From Octopus bimaculoides (Eukaryota), in assembly GCF_001194135.2 (NCBI RefSeq), contig NC_068984.1, positions 43,813,731-43,877,730 on the forward strand: a stretch of DNA of 64,000 nt, given 5' to 3'. This document shows, in pieces, positions 1-14,090 of the stretch. The notes under the pieces are model-generated. The model saw only the letters and a program-made list of their open reading frames with translations, was not told where the DNA came from and ran no database searches. The translations under genes were made by a program, and so were the position numbers. Positions within the stretch are counted from its first letter, which is position 1. The number at the start of each line of letters is the position of its first letter.

Positions 1-1
1 G

Positions 2-367
2 GATTCAAAGCTGAATGTCAGAATCATAATTTCGGTAATAAACTCGCGCGCAGCCGCAGTGGTCCGGCATGGTATTGGAATTAAAAAAAAGCTCCTAACA
101 ATGCGTGTAGTCCATCACCCACATTCAGACACTGATCGCCTATACACAAGGAGAGCGAATAGAGGAAGGCCATTGATAAATATGGAAGACTGCATGCATA
201 TTGAATCGGTGTATCTAATCGGTGTATTAATAGCAACTTGTGACAATTTATCTCTAAAAGAAACGGAGAAACTCAAAATACAAAGATCTGAAAATAGGGG
301 ACACTCGAATGTAGAATCTAAAAACAGAAACTATTCTTATAATACTAGGTGCATTAGGTATGATTAA
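2..367 (+). mobile_element. R4/Dong-like (RLE-clade) non-LTR retrotransposon remnant, RT C-terminal region
   Basis: The frame from nt 2 reads DSKLNVRIIISVINSRAAAVVRHGIG..KKLLTMRVVHHPHSDTDRLYTRRANRGRPLINMEDCMHIE. This resembles the R4/Dong-type pattern KSKLNxxNxIxAINxxAVxVxRY..RKLLTM..HPKSDxDRLYxxRxxGGRGLIxIEDC. A small internal deletion is apparent and the element runs off the window edge. Confidence 0.7.
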
Positions 368-1289
368 AAAACATAAAAACAAAGACCAGGATATATGAAT
401 GTATATAACACACAGTAGATAGCACTACTATGCACCGCGCACATCCTACGTAAAGCACTTTCAATCCACTGAAACAACAACAGCAACAACATCAACAACA
501 ACAACAATAATCCTTTCTGTTATAGACACAAGGCCTGATTTTGTGGGGGAAGGGGTAAATCGATTAGAGACTTCTTTGTGACCTCTCAAATCCCTGAAAG
601 GAATGCACTACTACAAGGGTTAAGAAATACTAAACTAAGCAGTTAGTGTGAATTTAACATAGATGGGGTATACGTATTCCTACCTTTATTGTATTTGAAA
701 TTCACTTCAATTTATAATAAAGTGAAAATATTCTCATTGTTTGGAGAATATGTTACTTACGTGAGCGTCTTAACATAGGCCACTGTGATATGAATTATGT
801 TTGGAAACGTAATTGTTCTAATTCACACACGACGATAAATATGATTAGCAACCTGCTGTGAAGTCGCTGTGTAGGTAGACCTAGTAAAAATGAAACCAAT
901 GGGTTCCAAAAAAAAAACAAAAAAAACTCAGATTATGTTTAGTGAGTTTACTTAACGTAAATTGTGCTTAACATATTTCAACTGCGATGTTCTGGCTGTT
1001 TATTTTAATGGTGTGATTGTTGTAACGTAAGTCACTGCGTGATTTCAATTAGAATCTACTACGAAATCACTAAAATCGGAATTACTTCCACCAGCTTTTC
1101 TTTCTGTCAAGACTAATCTCTTAACTGTTTCCAGAAGTGTTCGTTATTTCTAGAGTTCATTTTACTTTCTTATCTGATGGTCTGAAGTATAAGTAAGTAT
1201 GTGTGAAATATTCTGGGGATCTTTGAATAAAGATAAGGTGCTTAATTTGTTATTTGAAACAGGGTAGAGACCTCTCCCATATGGTCGCC

Positions 1290-1505
1290 AAGGAGACAGT
1301 CCCCATAAGGTTGCCCAACCTGCTAGAAACAGCTGCCAAATATCCACCAAATCATTCCAATTGTCATGAAGATTAAGGACACATTGGATAATGTATTATT
1401 GGATAAACAATCTGTGAAAAAAAAATGAGACGATCACGGCTGGAACGTTTTGTTTAACTGTATGCTTTAGCAAGAATGACCTCCAACTAAACAAACAACA
1501 ACAGC
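1290..1505 (+). mobile_element. Family D repeat (headless SINE-like 3' module), degenerate
   Basis: The run ctgctagaaacagctgccaaat..ggacacattggataat..gatcacggctggaacg..ctaaacaaacaac recurs in the window at ~3350-3965 and ~19295-19450, with shorter pieces near 4090, 8010 (-) and 17520 (-). Confidence 0.55.
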
Positions 1506-1769
1506 TACAGTAAAATGCGGATGACTTTAAAAAGAAATTTAAGTCATGGAGGAAATGTTTGTACAAATTATGATTTCTACCATAAAACATAGAAACATTA
1601 ATAACTGTGATCAGAGGGGGGAAAAAGAGAAAAGAAAAAGAAAACGTAAACAGTAAGGTCTACAAACTAAGATTCGGGCTAGACAGTTAACACATATCTT
1701 AGTGTCTCGTGAAGTATTTGTAGGTGTACTCTTTATCTTCAACGTGATATGTGATTTGGTTGAGTTATA

Positions 1770-1924
1770 AACGTTTCAAATTTTTGGTACGATGCCAGCA
1801 ATTTTTAAAAGAGAGACATCGACTGTAGTACTTTACTGGTACTTTATTTTATCAGTCCCGAATAGATGAAAGAAAAAGTTGACCCTTGCAGGGTTTGAAC
1901 TCAGAATGTAAAGAGCCGGAATCC
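1770..1924 (-). mobile_element. Family A SINE, partial
   Basis: Contains actggtactttattttatc..gatgaaag..aaagttgacc..tttgaactcagaatgtaaag, shared with the other family A copies. Confidence 0.65.
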
Positions 1925-3349
1925 CTTTGATTTTGGTAAATTATTCTATTCTCAGCTTCTTTCCGCAATGATCCAAAAAGTCACACTATTAAAATAAACA
2001 GCTAAGAGATTGTAGGTGAAATTATTATAAGCACAATTCACATTAGGTAAACTAAATCTATATTTTAGATTAGAACTTAATGATTACATTTTACCTGAGT
2101 CTACCTGCACACTGCACAGTAACTCTACAGCAAGTTGCTAATCGTGGTTATGTCTATTATTCCCAAATTCTCAAAAAGAAATTACTTCAAACACGTGCAA
2201 CTGCTGACTCTCTAAATGACCAAAATATTCATCGTTATTGATAACTATTCTCAAATCTTCAGCAAAGCACCTCTGAGACCTGATATAAGAAAAGGCTCTT
2301 TTTCATTTCATTTATTCATAATTTTCACTTATCTGGACTTACTCGTAACAAACCTAATCGACTCAAGCTCCGGTACATCTTTTCTCTCTCTCTCTCTCTC
2401 TCTATTTCTTTCTCTTTTTCTCTCTCTCCCTCTCTCTATTTCTTTCTCTCTCTCTCTATTTCTTTCTCTCTCTATGCACCTTGTTAAACATTATATAGGT
2501 CTTTCATTCTGAATTTAATGTTCCGCTCGAACTGCAGATCTCCAGTTTTTCTTGTGTTCTCTTAAAGTACTAACCTTCAACGTTTCAAACTCACATAAGT
2601 TTTCCCAAAGTGTCAAACCTTCTTTTCTAGTACGATTATTTCTTTGCAGTGTGTATGGGGAATGCCTCCATAATTACATTAGTCTCCGTGATAAAAAATA
2701 ACTACCTCTACACATGTTTAATTCTGGATCATGGGATTAGTACAGTACCTGAGTGTACACAAAACGGTAAAATTGGCCCCCACCCACTTCTTCAACTGCC
2801 TCATAAGTTTAATTTAGACAATTAATGCAGTATATTCTATTTTGAATGTTATTTCTGTCAACTTTATCCTGCGCTATTTTCACAAATCTAATTTAAAAAA
2901 TAACCGACGAATGAATCAACTAAAGATGGCCGTTTGTTATACCGTAATGGTCTTTGAGTATATGAAAACTTTTTTTTCCATCTAATCTTCTTTGCGTTGA
3001 ACCAATGTGATAAAGTCTGAGAGTAGATTCCAACTCTCACTTCGTGCACTTCACTAACCCATCGTACAGCAATAGTTTGAATAAAACACAAAATAACCTT
3101 ATCGCACATAGGCCAATAAGAGTAATCAATAGGAATTATTAGTGAAGGAACATTAATTATTATAAAATCGCGCGTGTTCAATGCCGACGCTTGAAGATAA
3201 TTATCATATCCACCGCCAATAATGCTAGCAGCAGAGCCACCACCACCACCAATATAACATCGTATTTTTTTCCTTTTCATCTTTCTTTGTCTTTCCATCC
3301 TCGTCAATATCCTCAACATTCACAGTCCCAAAATCAACAATCTCAGTCT

Positions 3350-3965
3350 AGCGAGGTAAATCTGTTCCGCAGTCACTCGCCATGCTTGAAATAGTAACCA
3401 ATCTCTTTGAGATGTTACCCAAGAATCTTCAGAATAAGAAAGGACGTTTTGGATAATAGGGTATTGGGTTATTGGCACTCCGTCGCTTACGACGTCGAGG
3501 GTTCCAGTTGATCCGATCAACGGAACAGCCTGCTCGTGAAATTAACGTGCAAGTAGCTGAGCACTCTACAGACATGTGTACCCTTGACGTAGTTCTCGGA
3601 GATATTCAGCGTGACACAGAGTGACAAGGCTGACCCTTTGAATTACAGGCACAACAGAAACAGGAAGTAAGAGTGAGAGAAAGTTGTGGTGGAAGAGTAC
3701 AGCAGGGTTCGCCACCATCCCCTGCTGGAGCCTCGTGGAGCTTTAGGTGTTTTCGCTCAATAAACACTCACAACGCCCGGTCTGGGAATCGAAACCGCGA
3801 TCCTATGACCGCGAGTCCGCTGCTCTAACCACAGGGCCATTGCGCCTCCACTGGGTATTGGGTACACAGAAAATAAAAAAAAAAACAGACAGGTGAATCA
3901 ATATGGAATGTCTTTCAACTTGGAATTAGTTGATTTGGGATCAACTGGAGTTAAACAACAACACC
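3350..3965 (+). mobile_element. Older family D copy, split by the family B insertion
   Basis: The left part (gaaatagtaaccaatct..ggacgttttggataat) and right part (aaaaacagacagg..atggaatgtcttt..ggagttaaacaacaac) join into the module seen at 1290-1505 once 3470-3863 is removed. Confidence 0.55.
3470..3852 (-). mobile_element. Family B tRNA-derived SINE, full length, with 11-bp TSD
   Basis: Its reverse complement aligns end to end with 27510-27891. The head is tRNA-like (A box TGGCCCTGTGG, B box GGTTTCGATTCC). The direct repeat GGGTATTGGGT flanks it at 3459-3469 and 3853-3863. Confidence 0.9.
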
Positions 3966-4599
3966 ACCAACATCATCACCAAAAATCAACGAATCAACGA
4001 AGAAGCTTCTACGAGGACTTTAGCCTGCTGAGAAACAACGGCCATGTCTTCTTCATATAAGCCTTACAATCTTGGAGAATGGTCACAGTTCAAACATTTT
4101 TGATCATAGGTGTGTCTGCTTAATCAGAACTGATATAAGGGTGAAGTCAACAATACCACTGCGACAATAGCGCAATAACAATCGAAAAGTTAGTGGAGGT
4201 GTGTGAAACACTAAAGATCTGAACTCTATAGAAATTTCTTGCTCAAATCTCGTCCAGTAGTGTCAGTGTTATCTTCACATTCCAGCCTACTGCATTAAAA
4301 ATATCCCTATTAGTAGTACGCCAGAATCAACCCAAGCGTATGTGGTATATCATTCAAGTCATAAAATACATAATGAAATTAGAAAATCAGTCAACGTTAC
4401 TAGTACCAACGGCAATATTTACGTCAAAGGCAAAACATTTACTACAGTGACTTCAAATAGTTACCACTGTTAAGGTTCCGAATTAATAATCAATATCCAA
4501 ACCCGCTCAAATCGGCCTCGATGGAAATTTTGTCTTTTCTTTTCTCTACTTTTCTCAAAAACTTCCACTCTTCCTTTCTTTGGTGTTATTATATTAGCC

Positions 4600-4900
4600 G
4601 ATCGTATATGATAGCTGCGTAGACCTACTCGAGAGTGGCAGTCTTTATTGCAGTTATTGTAGAAGAATGAGCAGTCATGTGAAGTGGAGGCCTTCCAGCT
4701 TTGTAGTTTAAACTGTTCAGAGTTGATTTCAACGGTTTTTAGTATTTTTGTTCCTCCTCTAGCACCACAGATTGTGGAATGAATAAACAGTGGTAAGTTC
4801 TCTCAGTGTGTACGGTGAACGGAGATTCCCTTTTGTGCATATCCATGTTTCGTCAGTAAGGATGGCCTGTTGGACGAGATCTACATTCAAGAGCATCATA
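4600..4900 (-). mobile_element. RTE-clade LINE 3' end remnant
   Basis: The minus strand gives RSRPTGHP..HKR and FFYNNCNKDCHSRVGLRSYHIR. These resemble RTE C-terminal motifs GSRPxGRP and CxxCxRxCxSRIGLxSH. Stops and frameshifts are present. Confidence 0.6.
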
Positions 4901-6134
4901 CCATGGATTTTTGGGGTTCGAATCCACTAAGTATTTATATTTTTATATTCTCTCGGTCTATTTAGACAAACACGCGCGCACTCACACACATGCACACACA
5001 CAAACACACACACGCACGCACACAAACACACACACATACACATACGCACACACAGGCGAATATATATATGGCCATGCATGTATGTGCGCGTGTGAGTGAT
5101 GTCTCACAATAAATAACACGATATTCTTTAAAAGAAAAGTAAGAATACATGCCTGCTATCGTTTTGTTATTTGTATATTTCTTACATTTATATATTCATA
5201 TACATATGATATACATATAGCTGCAAAAAAACAATTTTAATATTGCATAAATGTACGTTCTATTGACGTAAGAACGAGAAAGTGGTAGCCATTAAAATGA
5301 ATTGCTAAGGTTACCTGTATCATCTAAGGTAATAATAAATCAAATATACATTATGATGAAAATGTTATATATTATATAATGTTTCGTGTAACCCTAGTGA
5401 AACTACAGTGTTATAGTGAAATAAGTGCAAAAATGCTGGCAAGAAGAAGCATTTGAAGCAAATAATAATGAAGATATTTACAGACACCTTATTTTCTTTT
5501 ACCTTCGCTTTAAAAATACTTCCGATCGTATCAGTGTGTTATTCACAGAATGAATACCAGTAGTCCTGAAATTTTTTGCACTTTACAGACTAATGAGTTT
5601 GACACAGTCGATATTCAGTTAAAACACCTGTAGATCAGGGACTGTTCATGAGAGAAGCAATTGAGCGAAATGTTTAGTTTGAGATATGGAAAATTTTTTT
5701 TGTAAGCCGGAAATGAAATTCAGCTTGTTCAAAGGGACAGAAGATATTGTAGAGAAGAAAGGAAAGGAAGGGAAGCAGGGAAAGAAAGGGAGAGAAAGAG
5801 AGGGAGAGAGAGAGAGAGAAAGAAAGAGAGAGAAATGTCGTGAGTATGAACTATGAATCGTGAGAATATCTTTGACCACCATTTGAATATAATCATTTTA
5901 AATGCCACCTAAAATGTTTGTAAGTGTAGCAACAGCACTGTTTCATACACTCAAGCAGTTATCTCATGTGGATTTTAGTTGGCCTTTGTACAGAATCAGC
6001 AATTGATAAAGACTGAAATATTTTGCGGCCCCAAAAGCCGTTGTCCAACCACTGCGGTACAGTTTTAGCTGTATTATACATATGAGGCTGTCAACAGCGG
6101 TTCAGAAATATAAAATTTGTTTTCTTGGCACTCT

Positions 6135-6572
6135 GTTATTCTTTTGTTTGTTCCAGTCATAAGTCTGCAGCCATGCTGGAGCACCGCTATGAAGAATTTT
6201 AGTCGCATGAATCGGCCTCGGTACTTTTTTTTATTTTAAAGCCTGTTAGTTTTTCTTAGTTTCTTTTATCGAACCGCTTATTTCAGGGAACGTAAACACA
6301 CCAACACCGGTTGGCAAGCAGTGTTAGGGGACAAATACATGCACAAAGAACACATACACTCCCCCTACACACATTGCTATATTTGTTTGCCAAATAAACA
6401 CACAAGCTATATATTAGTTCTTCACTCGTTTATTACTATTATTATTTTATCTTATATCGATTGCTCGGAAATCTTTCGTCACACGTCTGTGACCTCTTTC
6501 AGTTTCCATCGTCTACTAAATCCATTCGGAAGGTTTTGGTTGGCCCGAGGCTATAATAGATAGCACTTCCGA
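6135..6572 (-). mobile_element. Family C SINE, 5'-truncated and degenerate
   Basis: The tail (ccatgctggagcaccgc..gtaaacacaccaacaccggttg) and head part (tttcagtttccatcgtctactaaatcc..ggcccgaggctataataga) match the reverse complement of 18439-18918. Confidence 0.7.
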
Positions 6573-6825
6573 CCCAAAAGAAAAGAAACTGATGGTGTTT
6601 TAGACCGGCTATTTAACCAGTAAGTTTTCATGGAAGAGACGCTCCAAGACTTTGTCAATGTAAAATGTGACAGTATTGCTTTTGCCGATGTTCTCAAGGG
6701 CTGATCACAACATGGCTTACTAGCGTAGATTGCTGGGAGAACAAGTCTCTAATATATCTGTTATTACGGAAACGTTCTCAAAGATAGATAAATTGACACT
6801 ATCTATGTATGTCTATGTGTGTATG

Positions 6826-6878
<53 letters not shown>

Positions 6879-7299
6879 GAGAGAGAGAGAAGGAGAAAGA
6901 AAGAGACTCAATGAAATAAAAGTGGCAATAGCTACAAATGTGTCAGATGTGTCCATAACATTTGGGATGTTGATATATCGGTGCTTGGGAAAGATTATGG
7001 AAATCCATTCTTGACACTGGTGCTTCCATAAACTGGTGTATGGATGAAAACAATCCGAGAAATAAATGCGATCGAAATTTTGAAACCAAATTTTTGTGGC
7101 ATTAGAAATTGATCTAAAAAATATACTATTACTATGTATATACTATGTATATACTATGTATACTATTACTATGTATCCCTCCTCTCTCTTTCTGACATAC
7201 ATCTCACACTATTTTACTCATTTACATAGCCACACATATACACACATACAAACACACACATAGATACAGCGTGAAAGAGAAAGATGATGGCAAAATGTA

Positions 7300-7560
7300 C
7301 GCTGGAATATCGTGTTGGATTACCAGTGCACCAATACACGTATCATGTAGATCATATCCGCTGCAGCTGCTTCGTCTCTGAGCAACAGAAATGGTTCTAC
7401 CTGCCTCTAATCTCTTCTAACTGTAAGGAATAGGTAGCTATCTTCTGGGAATGTTGTTTAACATGCATTGGCACCATAATCTGGGCGACATGCATCTCAT
7501 CAATTTAATGAAAAACATTCGTAAGTTAAGCATCCGTTTAAAAGTTCTTGCTGTATGTAA
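7300..7560 (-). mobile_element. Possible highly decayed RTE-like LINE fragment
   Basis: Weak motif-level similarity only (ELLNGC..RM; ISVAQRR), with many disruptions. Confidence 0.25.
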
Positions 7561-8776
7561 CGGTATATTATGCATTATGTAATAGCTTACGCAGAAGCGG
7601 TACTATAGCCAATGACGATAGGAGAGGTGTGGTTATTGTAAGGTAGAAACACTACGTAATATAATACAAGCATGTAGGACTATACTTAACGTATAGAGGT
7701 CAGATTGGACATCCAACAATTGTAGAATAAATGTATGTATGCGTGTATGCCTATTGCGACCTAGATCCTGATAGTGCACACCAACTTAGTTCTATACTTT
7801 GATAGATAGATCGATTGTAATGAGTACGAAAAATACATTTGGTCAAAGTTTTTCATCGATCATTCAATCTTAAGATTGATGGATTGAAAAGAAAATCAGG
7901 TTTTCATTTCAGGTTTCCGAGGAAGATTTGGCTTCTGTACTAAATGCAACAGGTCGATCGACTACTTAGAAAAAAACTTCCTCTTTGTTTAGTATATTTT
8001 TTGTTCATTTTCAGACCTATGATGAAAAACATTCCAGTCGTATTCATACAGTCTTTTTTGACAGCAAAGTGAGATTTGAAAATGTTTAGCTGATAACTTT
8101 TAGCAAAGCGACCAACATGATAGAGACTGATCGCTCGTTCGTCTTTGCTGCTATATATGGCGGCGTCAGTGTTGATGGAAATGTTTGTAGTAGAGATTTT
8201 GTTGTTTAGCAATAATCTGCTCTCTCACTTGTATTGGTTTATTGGTAGAAAATACTTATGAGTCTGCAGACATAGCATTCGGGAATAATTCAATGACTAC
8301 AATGATTTCAGTTGCTGATATTCATCAGAAGGCAAGTGAATGAAGCATACCCGTAGGAAACGATATTTAGTTTAAAATCTATCTACAAGATATTGAACAA
8401 ACACACACTTATTGAACATTCATAATATTGTTCAAAGGATTGGATTAAAAATCTAGCAATAGAATTTAGCAGTCTTCGGCGAAATATGCATCTGTAAATG
8501 CAAACACATGAATGTGTATAACGACACAAACAAACACACAGATACACACACATACACACACGCAAATATGCGCGCTCGCATGTGCATACATATACATATG
8601 TACATAGTTCTTTCTAACATAATTCAATAAAGTCTTCTCTGACGATCCATTGTGGTTAAGCTTTTAATTGCATTGAACACCCAATGCAGAGTTCCTAACA
8701 ACCAGAGTGGTGAAACGTACGCAGGATCTAATATACAAAAGATTAAACTTGGGTTTATCTCTTTCCCTTTCTCCCC

Positions 8777-8810
<34 letters not shown>

Positions 8811-8835
8811 TACATACATTTGTATATATATATAA

Positions 8836-8873
<38 letters not shown>

Positions 8874-10053
8874 NNNNNNNNNNNNNNNNNNNNNNNNNNN
8901 NNNNNNNNNNNNNNNNNNNNNNNNNNNNNNNNNNNNNNNNNNNNNNNNNNNNNNNNNNNNNNNNNNNNNNNNNNNNNNNNNNNNNNNNNNNNNNNNNNNN
9001 NNNNNNNNNNNNNNNNNNNNNNNNNNNNNNNNNNNNNNNNNNNNNNNNNNNNNNNNNNNNNNNNNNNNNNNNNNNNNNNNNNNNNNNNNNNNNNNNNNNN
9101 NNNNNNNNNNNNNNNNNNNNNNNNNNNNNNNNNNNNNNNNNNNNNNNNNNNNNNNNNNNNNNNNNNNNNNNNNNNNNNNNNNNNNNNNNNNNNNNNNNNN
9201 NNNNNNNNNNNNNNNNNNNNNNNNNNNNNNNNNNNNNNNNNNNNNNNNNNNNNNNNNNNNNNNNNNNNNNNNNNATATATATATATATATATACACACAG
9301 ATATAAACATATATATGCATAAGGATAGACATAAATATACATATATATAGACGCATACACACACGCATAAACGCGCGCGTGCGCTCCCCCTCTTACTCTC
9401 TTCACACACATATAGAGACATGTGCTTGCATATGTGTAAATATATATTATAGAGATAAAACTATTTTGAAAATGCTATATACACTGTCACATCTGAAATT
9501 GCTTACATACCGGCATACATACGTACATACATGTATACATAATACTATACGTTCAAACACACACACATAGTGCACACACACACATGGTGCACACACACAC
9601 ACATAGTGCATACACACACATAGTGCACACACACACACACATATATATGTACGTATATGTGCATTCATAAAAATGCGTTTATAGCTGCGTCTGTTTACTG
9701 AATTGTGTGTGCAAAACGTGCATTTATTACACATAGCACATCTGTTGACAAGCTGGTCATCAGTGTTTAGAATTTAAGAATAGTGCAGAAAGAACAAACA
9801 GAAAACCCCCTCATCTGCTCCTCTTTACACCGTTCTCCAACGGAAACAATAGGGCTATCGATTGTCCCGCCTTTGCTGGGACATAAAGATAGACATAAAT
9901 GTTATTAGGGCTGAAAATGAAGTTCATTTATTGCTGGGATATCGAATACTTAAAGAATGCATTCGTGTATACGCGCACCTGCAAACTGGCCGACACATAC
10001 TTCTGCATTTAGGTACAGTGCAACTCTATGAACACACACACACACACATAGAC

Positions 10054-10123
<70 letters not shown>

Positions 10124-10692
10124 GCAGGCACGCACATATACGCACAGACACGAATACTGACATTAAAATATACATATCAATGTTATAATGTCTTTTTATG
10201 AACAGAAAATTGTGCTTCCATACATATATTACGTATTCATATACGCGTGTGTGTGTGTGTGTGTTTGTGTGTGTTAGCAGAACTCATAGTCAACCATATG
10301 CATTTCCAACTTGGGAATAATATTCTCTTAAAAGAGTCTTCTCACCTGGTTAGTGACCAGTTGAATTCAATGAAAGTAACGCTTAAATAAATCTCAAGCA
10401 AAAACATGTATGCAACCATCAATCCAACCATGTACACATACAAACATACATATGTACATAAATACGTATGTTGTTTTCTTTTTTACTGAAGAAAATTTTG
10501 ACCACCAAAGATATTTCTTATATCAATATAACTCTGTTCCTGTGAACGACATTTAACTCTTAACAGCTCACCACTTAGTTCGCAATAAATCCATCAATGT
10601 AATTTACGGAGGCTACGTACGTTTGGCGAACGGATTCATAGCCTGTAGCATTTAGCTTAAAAGGAGATGACCACTGCAAGTGCCCTTATTAT

Positions 10693-11095
10693 TGGCAGAA
10701 TCATTCGGCCATCGGATGTAATGTCTCACGGTATCTAGCTACGGTTTTTTATGTCCTGAGTTCATATTCTGCTGCGGTCAACCTTACCTTTCACCTCCGG
10801 CTTTGGTGGGACTGCCTTACACTTTCCTCCTAATTTCTGACTCTGCGCTTATGTTAGAAATGATTATTATTAAAGATATAGAAAGGCGTTGAATTGGCAG
10901 AATTTGCGGAATGTTAAACCCGTCACTTCGAAGTATTCCCATACATAACCTTGCAATTTGAGTTCAAATCCTTTCGAGGATGATTTTGCTTTTCATGTTT
11001 CCTGAGTCTGTTAATAATTAGAATTTAAATACTGGAGCTGATCTACTCGAATTTACTCCTCTACCGACTGTCTATGTTAGAAATCCCTATTATCT
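10693..11095 (+). mobile_element. Two tandem, old family A SINE copies
   Basis: Two successive ggcagaat..ctgagttc..ttttca..tatgttagaaat units at ~10693-10870 and ~10885-11095. Confidence 0.5.
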
Positions 11096-11665
11096 AAGTC
11101 AGTATTCGATATATCAGGGTTAATGTCACAAATGGTATATACTATTATGGAAGACAATACGGGAATAGATACTCGTAATGTATTGATATTTGATTCAACG
11201 GACTATACTCAGTGACCTACAGGATTTGGTATTTTGTCTAATCAAAATAAATCAATATTATATATATTTTAAAAAGCATTGAATTGGCAGAAATGGCACA
11301 TCCACAAACTAAATGAATTACAATATTTAAGCTTTGTCTTTTGCTGTCTGAATGCTAACCCCACTAGGTTCGATTATGTCTTTCATCATTTCTGGCTCAA
11401 TAAAATAAGTATCCTTAATATGCTTGGATCGATTCGATCGAATACACTTCCCTTGCTTCAAAAATTGGCCTTGTGCCTGAGAAAGAAATCGATATTATAT
11501 ATAATAGATATTTTCTGTTACATTGTCTGTACATTATCTAGTAAGCGTACCAATAATAATGATTGATATCTCGTCGCATAATCATTTTTGATGAGATGTG
11601 TATTCAGTTGAATCAGGTTCATCATTTATAATGTGTTTCCTATGATCGATCCAGACGATATGAAG

Positions 11666-11962
11666 TATAAATTTGACATCGGAACTCCGATAAAACGAAA
11701 TATTGAAAGTAATTTAGGAATTCGTGGAAAAAGAGAACTTTAAAAACTTGCGAAGTAAAAATGACAATGTTTAGAATCGAAATCAGGTTGAGAATTGAAT
11801 CGTGATATCCTGTATTATATTGTTACGTAGGACAAGTTTAGTTAATATATTCTTTCATCTTTTAAGTTCTCCAGATAATTGGCACCGTTTCATGCAAGTC
11901 AAGAAACCACGTAGAGGCTTCCTCATTCACTCGCCTTGTGCTATAGTGAACAGATTTATAAT
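11666..11962 (+). repeat. ~300-bp unclassified repeat, copy 1 (copy 2 at 17338-17741)
   Basis: Shared blocks include aaagtaatttaggaattcgtggaaaaagagaactt, gagaattgaatcg, taatatattcttt and gtcaagaaac. Confidence 0.8.
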
Positions 11963-13009
11963 TAAAGGCACTCTAGTATCGATATTTCTGCATCTTTTAC
12001 ATATAGTACATCTAGGACTACATTATCCACTGGATTCTTTTCCTTTAAAAAAAGATAATAGGGTGTGATTTAAGAAAATCTAGTTGGTATGTTCAACTCA
12101 ACAAGCGTTTTCGTGAAAGCTTCTCCGTTGACACATCTAATGCTGTATTATTTACTAGTGTTGTTAGTTTTATTGAATTAAGTAGCTATAAGCAACTATG
12201 ATTAAGTAAGCCATTTACCATAGTGGTTGACTACTGAGTGTGTGATTAATATTCAGGCTTAGTTATAAGGTTTCACACTACTATATGATCCTTGGGTGTC
12301 TTGAGCAGAGTTCACCCTTTTGCAAGTATTTCACCCAGATATCCGTTGCTTTTCTCCCGTTTTTTCAACCATCTGGAGGATCCTGAAAAAGAGTAATTTA
12401 TTGCTTGATTTAACGATAAATCAAAGCTCTTCTGCAAATATGTAGATACCCTGTACTTTATATATTATTTTGGATATACATTGTGTGTATGTTATGTAGA
12501 CGCATACGCCTATCTAATTGCCAAAAACAAATGGTTTTGTATTGTGGAAAAGATTAAAAGCGTTGGATAAAGGACTCTTTTGTTTTAGGCCAAATATTCA
12601 GCAAATCCTTCCAAGTTCGTCTTGAGGTATCTGGTAGTGCAGTGATTTCGCTGAAAGATAGGAGATTTGTGGGAACGAGCCACATAAATAGGCTTATTGT
12701 CAGGATCATGTCTGTATGTAGGAGAAGCTAAGTGGGAAAGGGCATTTGATCTAAGAAATCGGTAGCATTTGGGGTTCTCCGGAGCTCTTTGACAGGCCCT
12801 AGGTAATTGTTCACGTATTGAGAGATTTTATTTTATATTCTTTTGTAGACATTTCTCATGACTGTTCTTTTTCCATGATCAAATCTGCACAAATTCCCAA
12901 CGTTTTGTCCTCGTAATGTCCTTCTAATGTCCTTTTTATCATCTCCCTCGTGGCAAATAAAACCTCATTGTAATTATTATCATTAAATTTGTTTTTACTC
13001 TTGTTGTTA

Positions 13010-13320
13010 TCGCTATGGTATTACACCTGATATTATTAAACTAGTGCTGCTGCGAATGCTGCTGCTGTTGCAGTTATTGTTTATTGTACCACTGAGTATT
13101 TCTGCTTGCTGCTGGTGCTGTTTCAATATTGCCATTAATCTACGCTACTGTTGTTGTAGTTACTGTTGCATTTTTTTTCTCGCCATTGCTTGCCATACCA
13201 GTTGCTGCTGCTAATGCTGCCACTAAACGAATTCGTTATTGTTGTTGCTACTGATTCAGCTGCTGTTGCTGCAGCTGCTGCTATCGATGCCCCTGTTGCT
13301 GTTTATGTTGTTATTGTAGG
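13010..13320. repeat. Decayed (GCT/GTT)n triplet low-complexity tract
   Basis: Runs of gctgctgct and gttgttgtt, with no long ORF in the track. Similar decayed triplet tracts lie at ~34980-35110, ~36800-36915 and ~54210-54410. Confidence 0.7.
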
Positions 13321-13367
13321 CTAGAAGCTGTTTTTCCATCAATGAAATGAGATGTTCTACGCTTCAC

Positions 13368-13432
<65 letters not shown>

Positions 13433-13691
13433 CCAATCACAGTGGATTTTGTTCCGTCACGCTCCATTGTCATGCAAACAGTGTTTGCAGCCATAGTGAT
13501 GGATGAATAACATATGACTGGTTCGATCCCAATAGTTTTCTTGTTCTTCTTTAATTGTTCCCCCCACCTCCGTTGGTTGTTGTGTTTCTTTTAATGGCAC
13601 ATAGCATCTGTTTATCATGGGCATATACGATGGTGTTTTGTGTTTCTTGTATGTATGTATACGTATATAAGTATATGTGGATGTTTGTATA

Positions 13692-13770
<79 letters not shown>

Positions 13771-14021
13771 CACACATATATATATATATACACACACATA
13801 TACACATACCAAGAGAGAGAGAGATAGAGATAGAGAGAAAGAGAGAGCGAAAGGTATATATGTATATATNNNNNNNNNNNNNNNNNNNNNNNNNNNNNNN
13901 NNNNNNNNNNNNNNNNNNNNNNNNNNNNNNNNNNNNNNNNNNNNNNNNNNNNNNNNNNNNNNNNNNNNNNNNNNNNNNNNNNNNNNNNNNNNNNNNNNNN
14001 NNNNNNNNNNNNNNNNNNNNN

Positions 14022-14090
<69 letters not shown>

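Noticed and set aside
2888-3520. 143-aa and 66-aa minus-strand ORFs
   Set aside because: They are partly low-complexity and partly derived from SINE B and D sequence, with no recognisable domain.
4763-4792. 30-nt micro-exon candidate (ctctAG..TG|GTAAGT)
   Set aside because: It lies antisense within the RTE 3' remnant, so the signals are best explained as chance. Exonisation cannot be excluded without RNA-seq.
7940-8212. 90-aa ORF and an apparent acceptor at ~8010
   Set aside because: The segment cagacctatgatgaaaaacattccag matches the family D repeat, and no protein family is recognisable.
12250-12900. Semi-open minus-strand frames suggestive of an L1-like linker; similarly 15880-16300, 39020-39500 and 54520-55760
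   Set aside because: The similarity is too weak to assign by eye; HMM or tBLASTx searches against TE proteins are needed.
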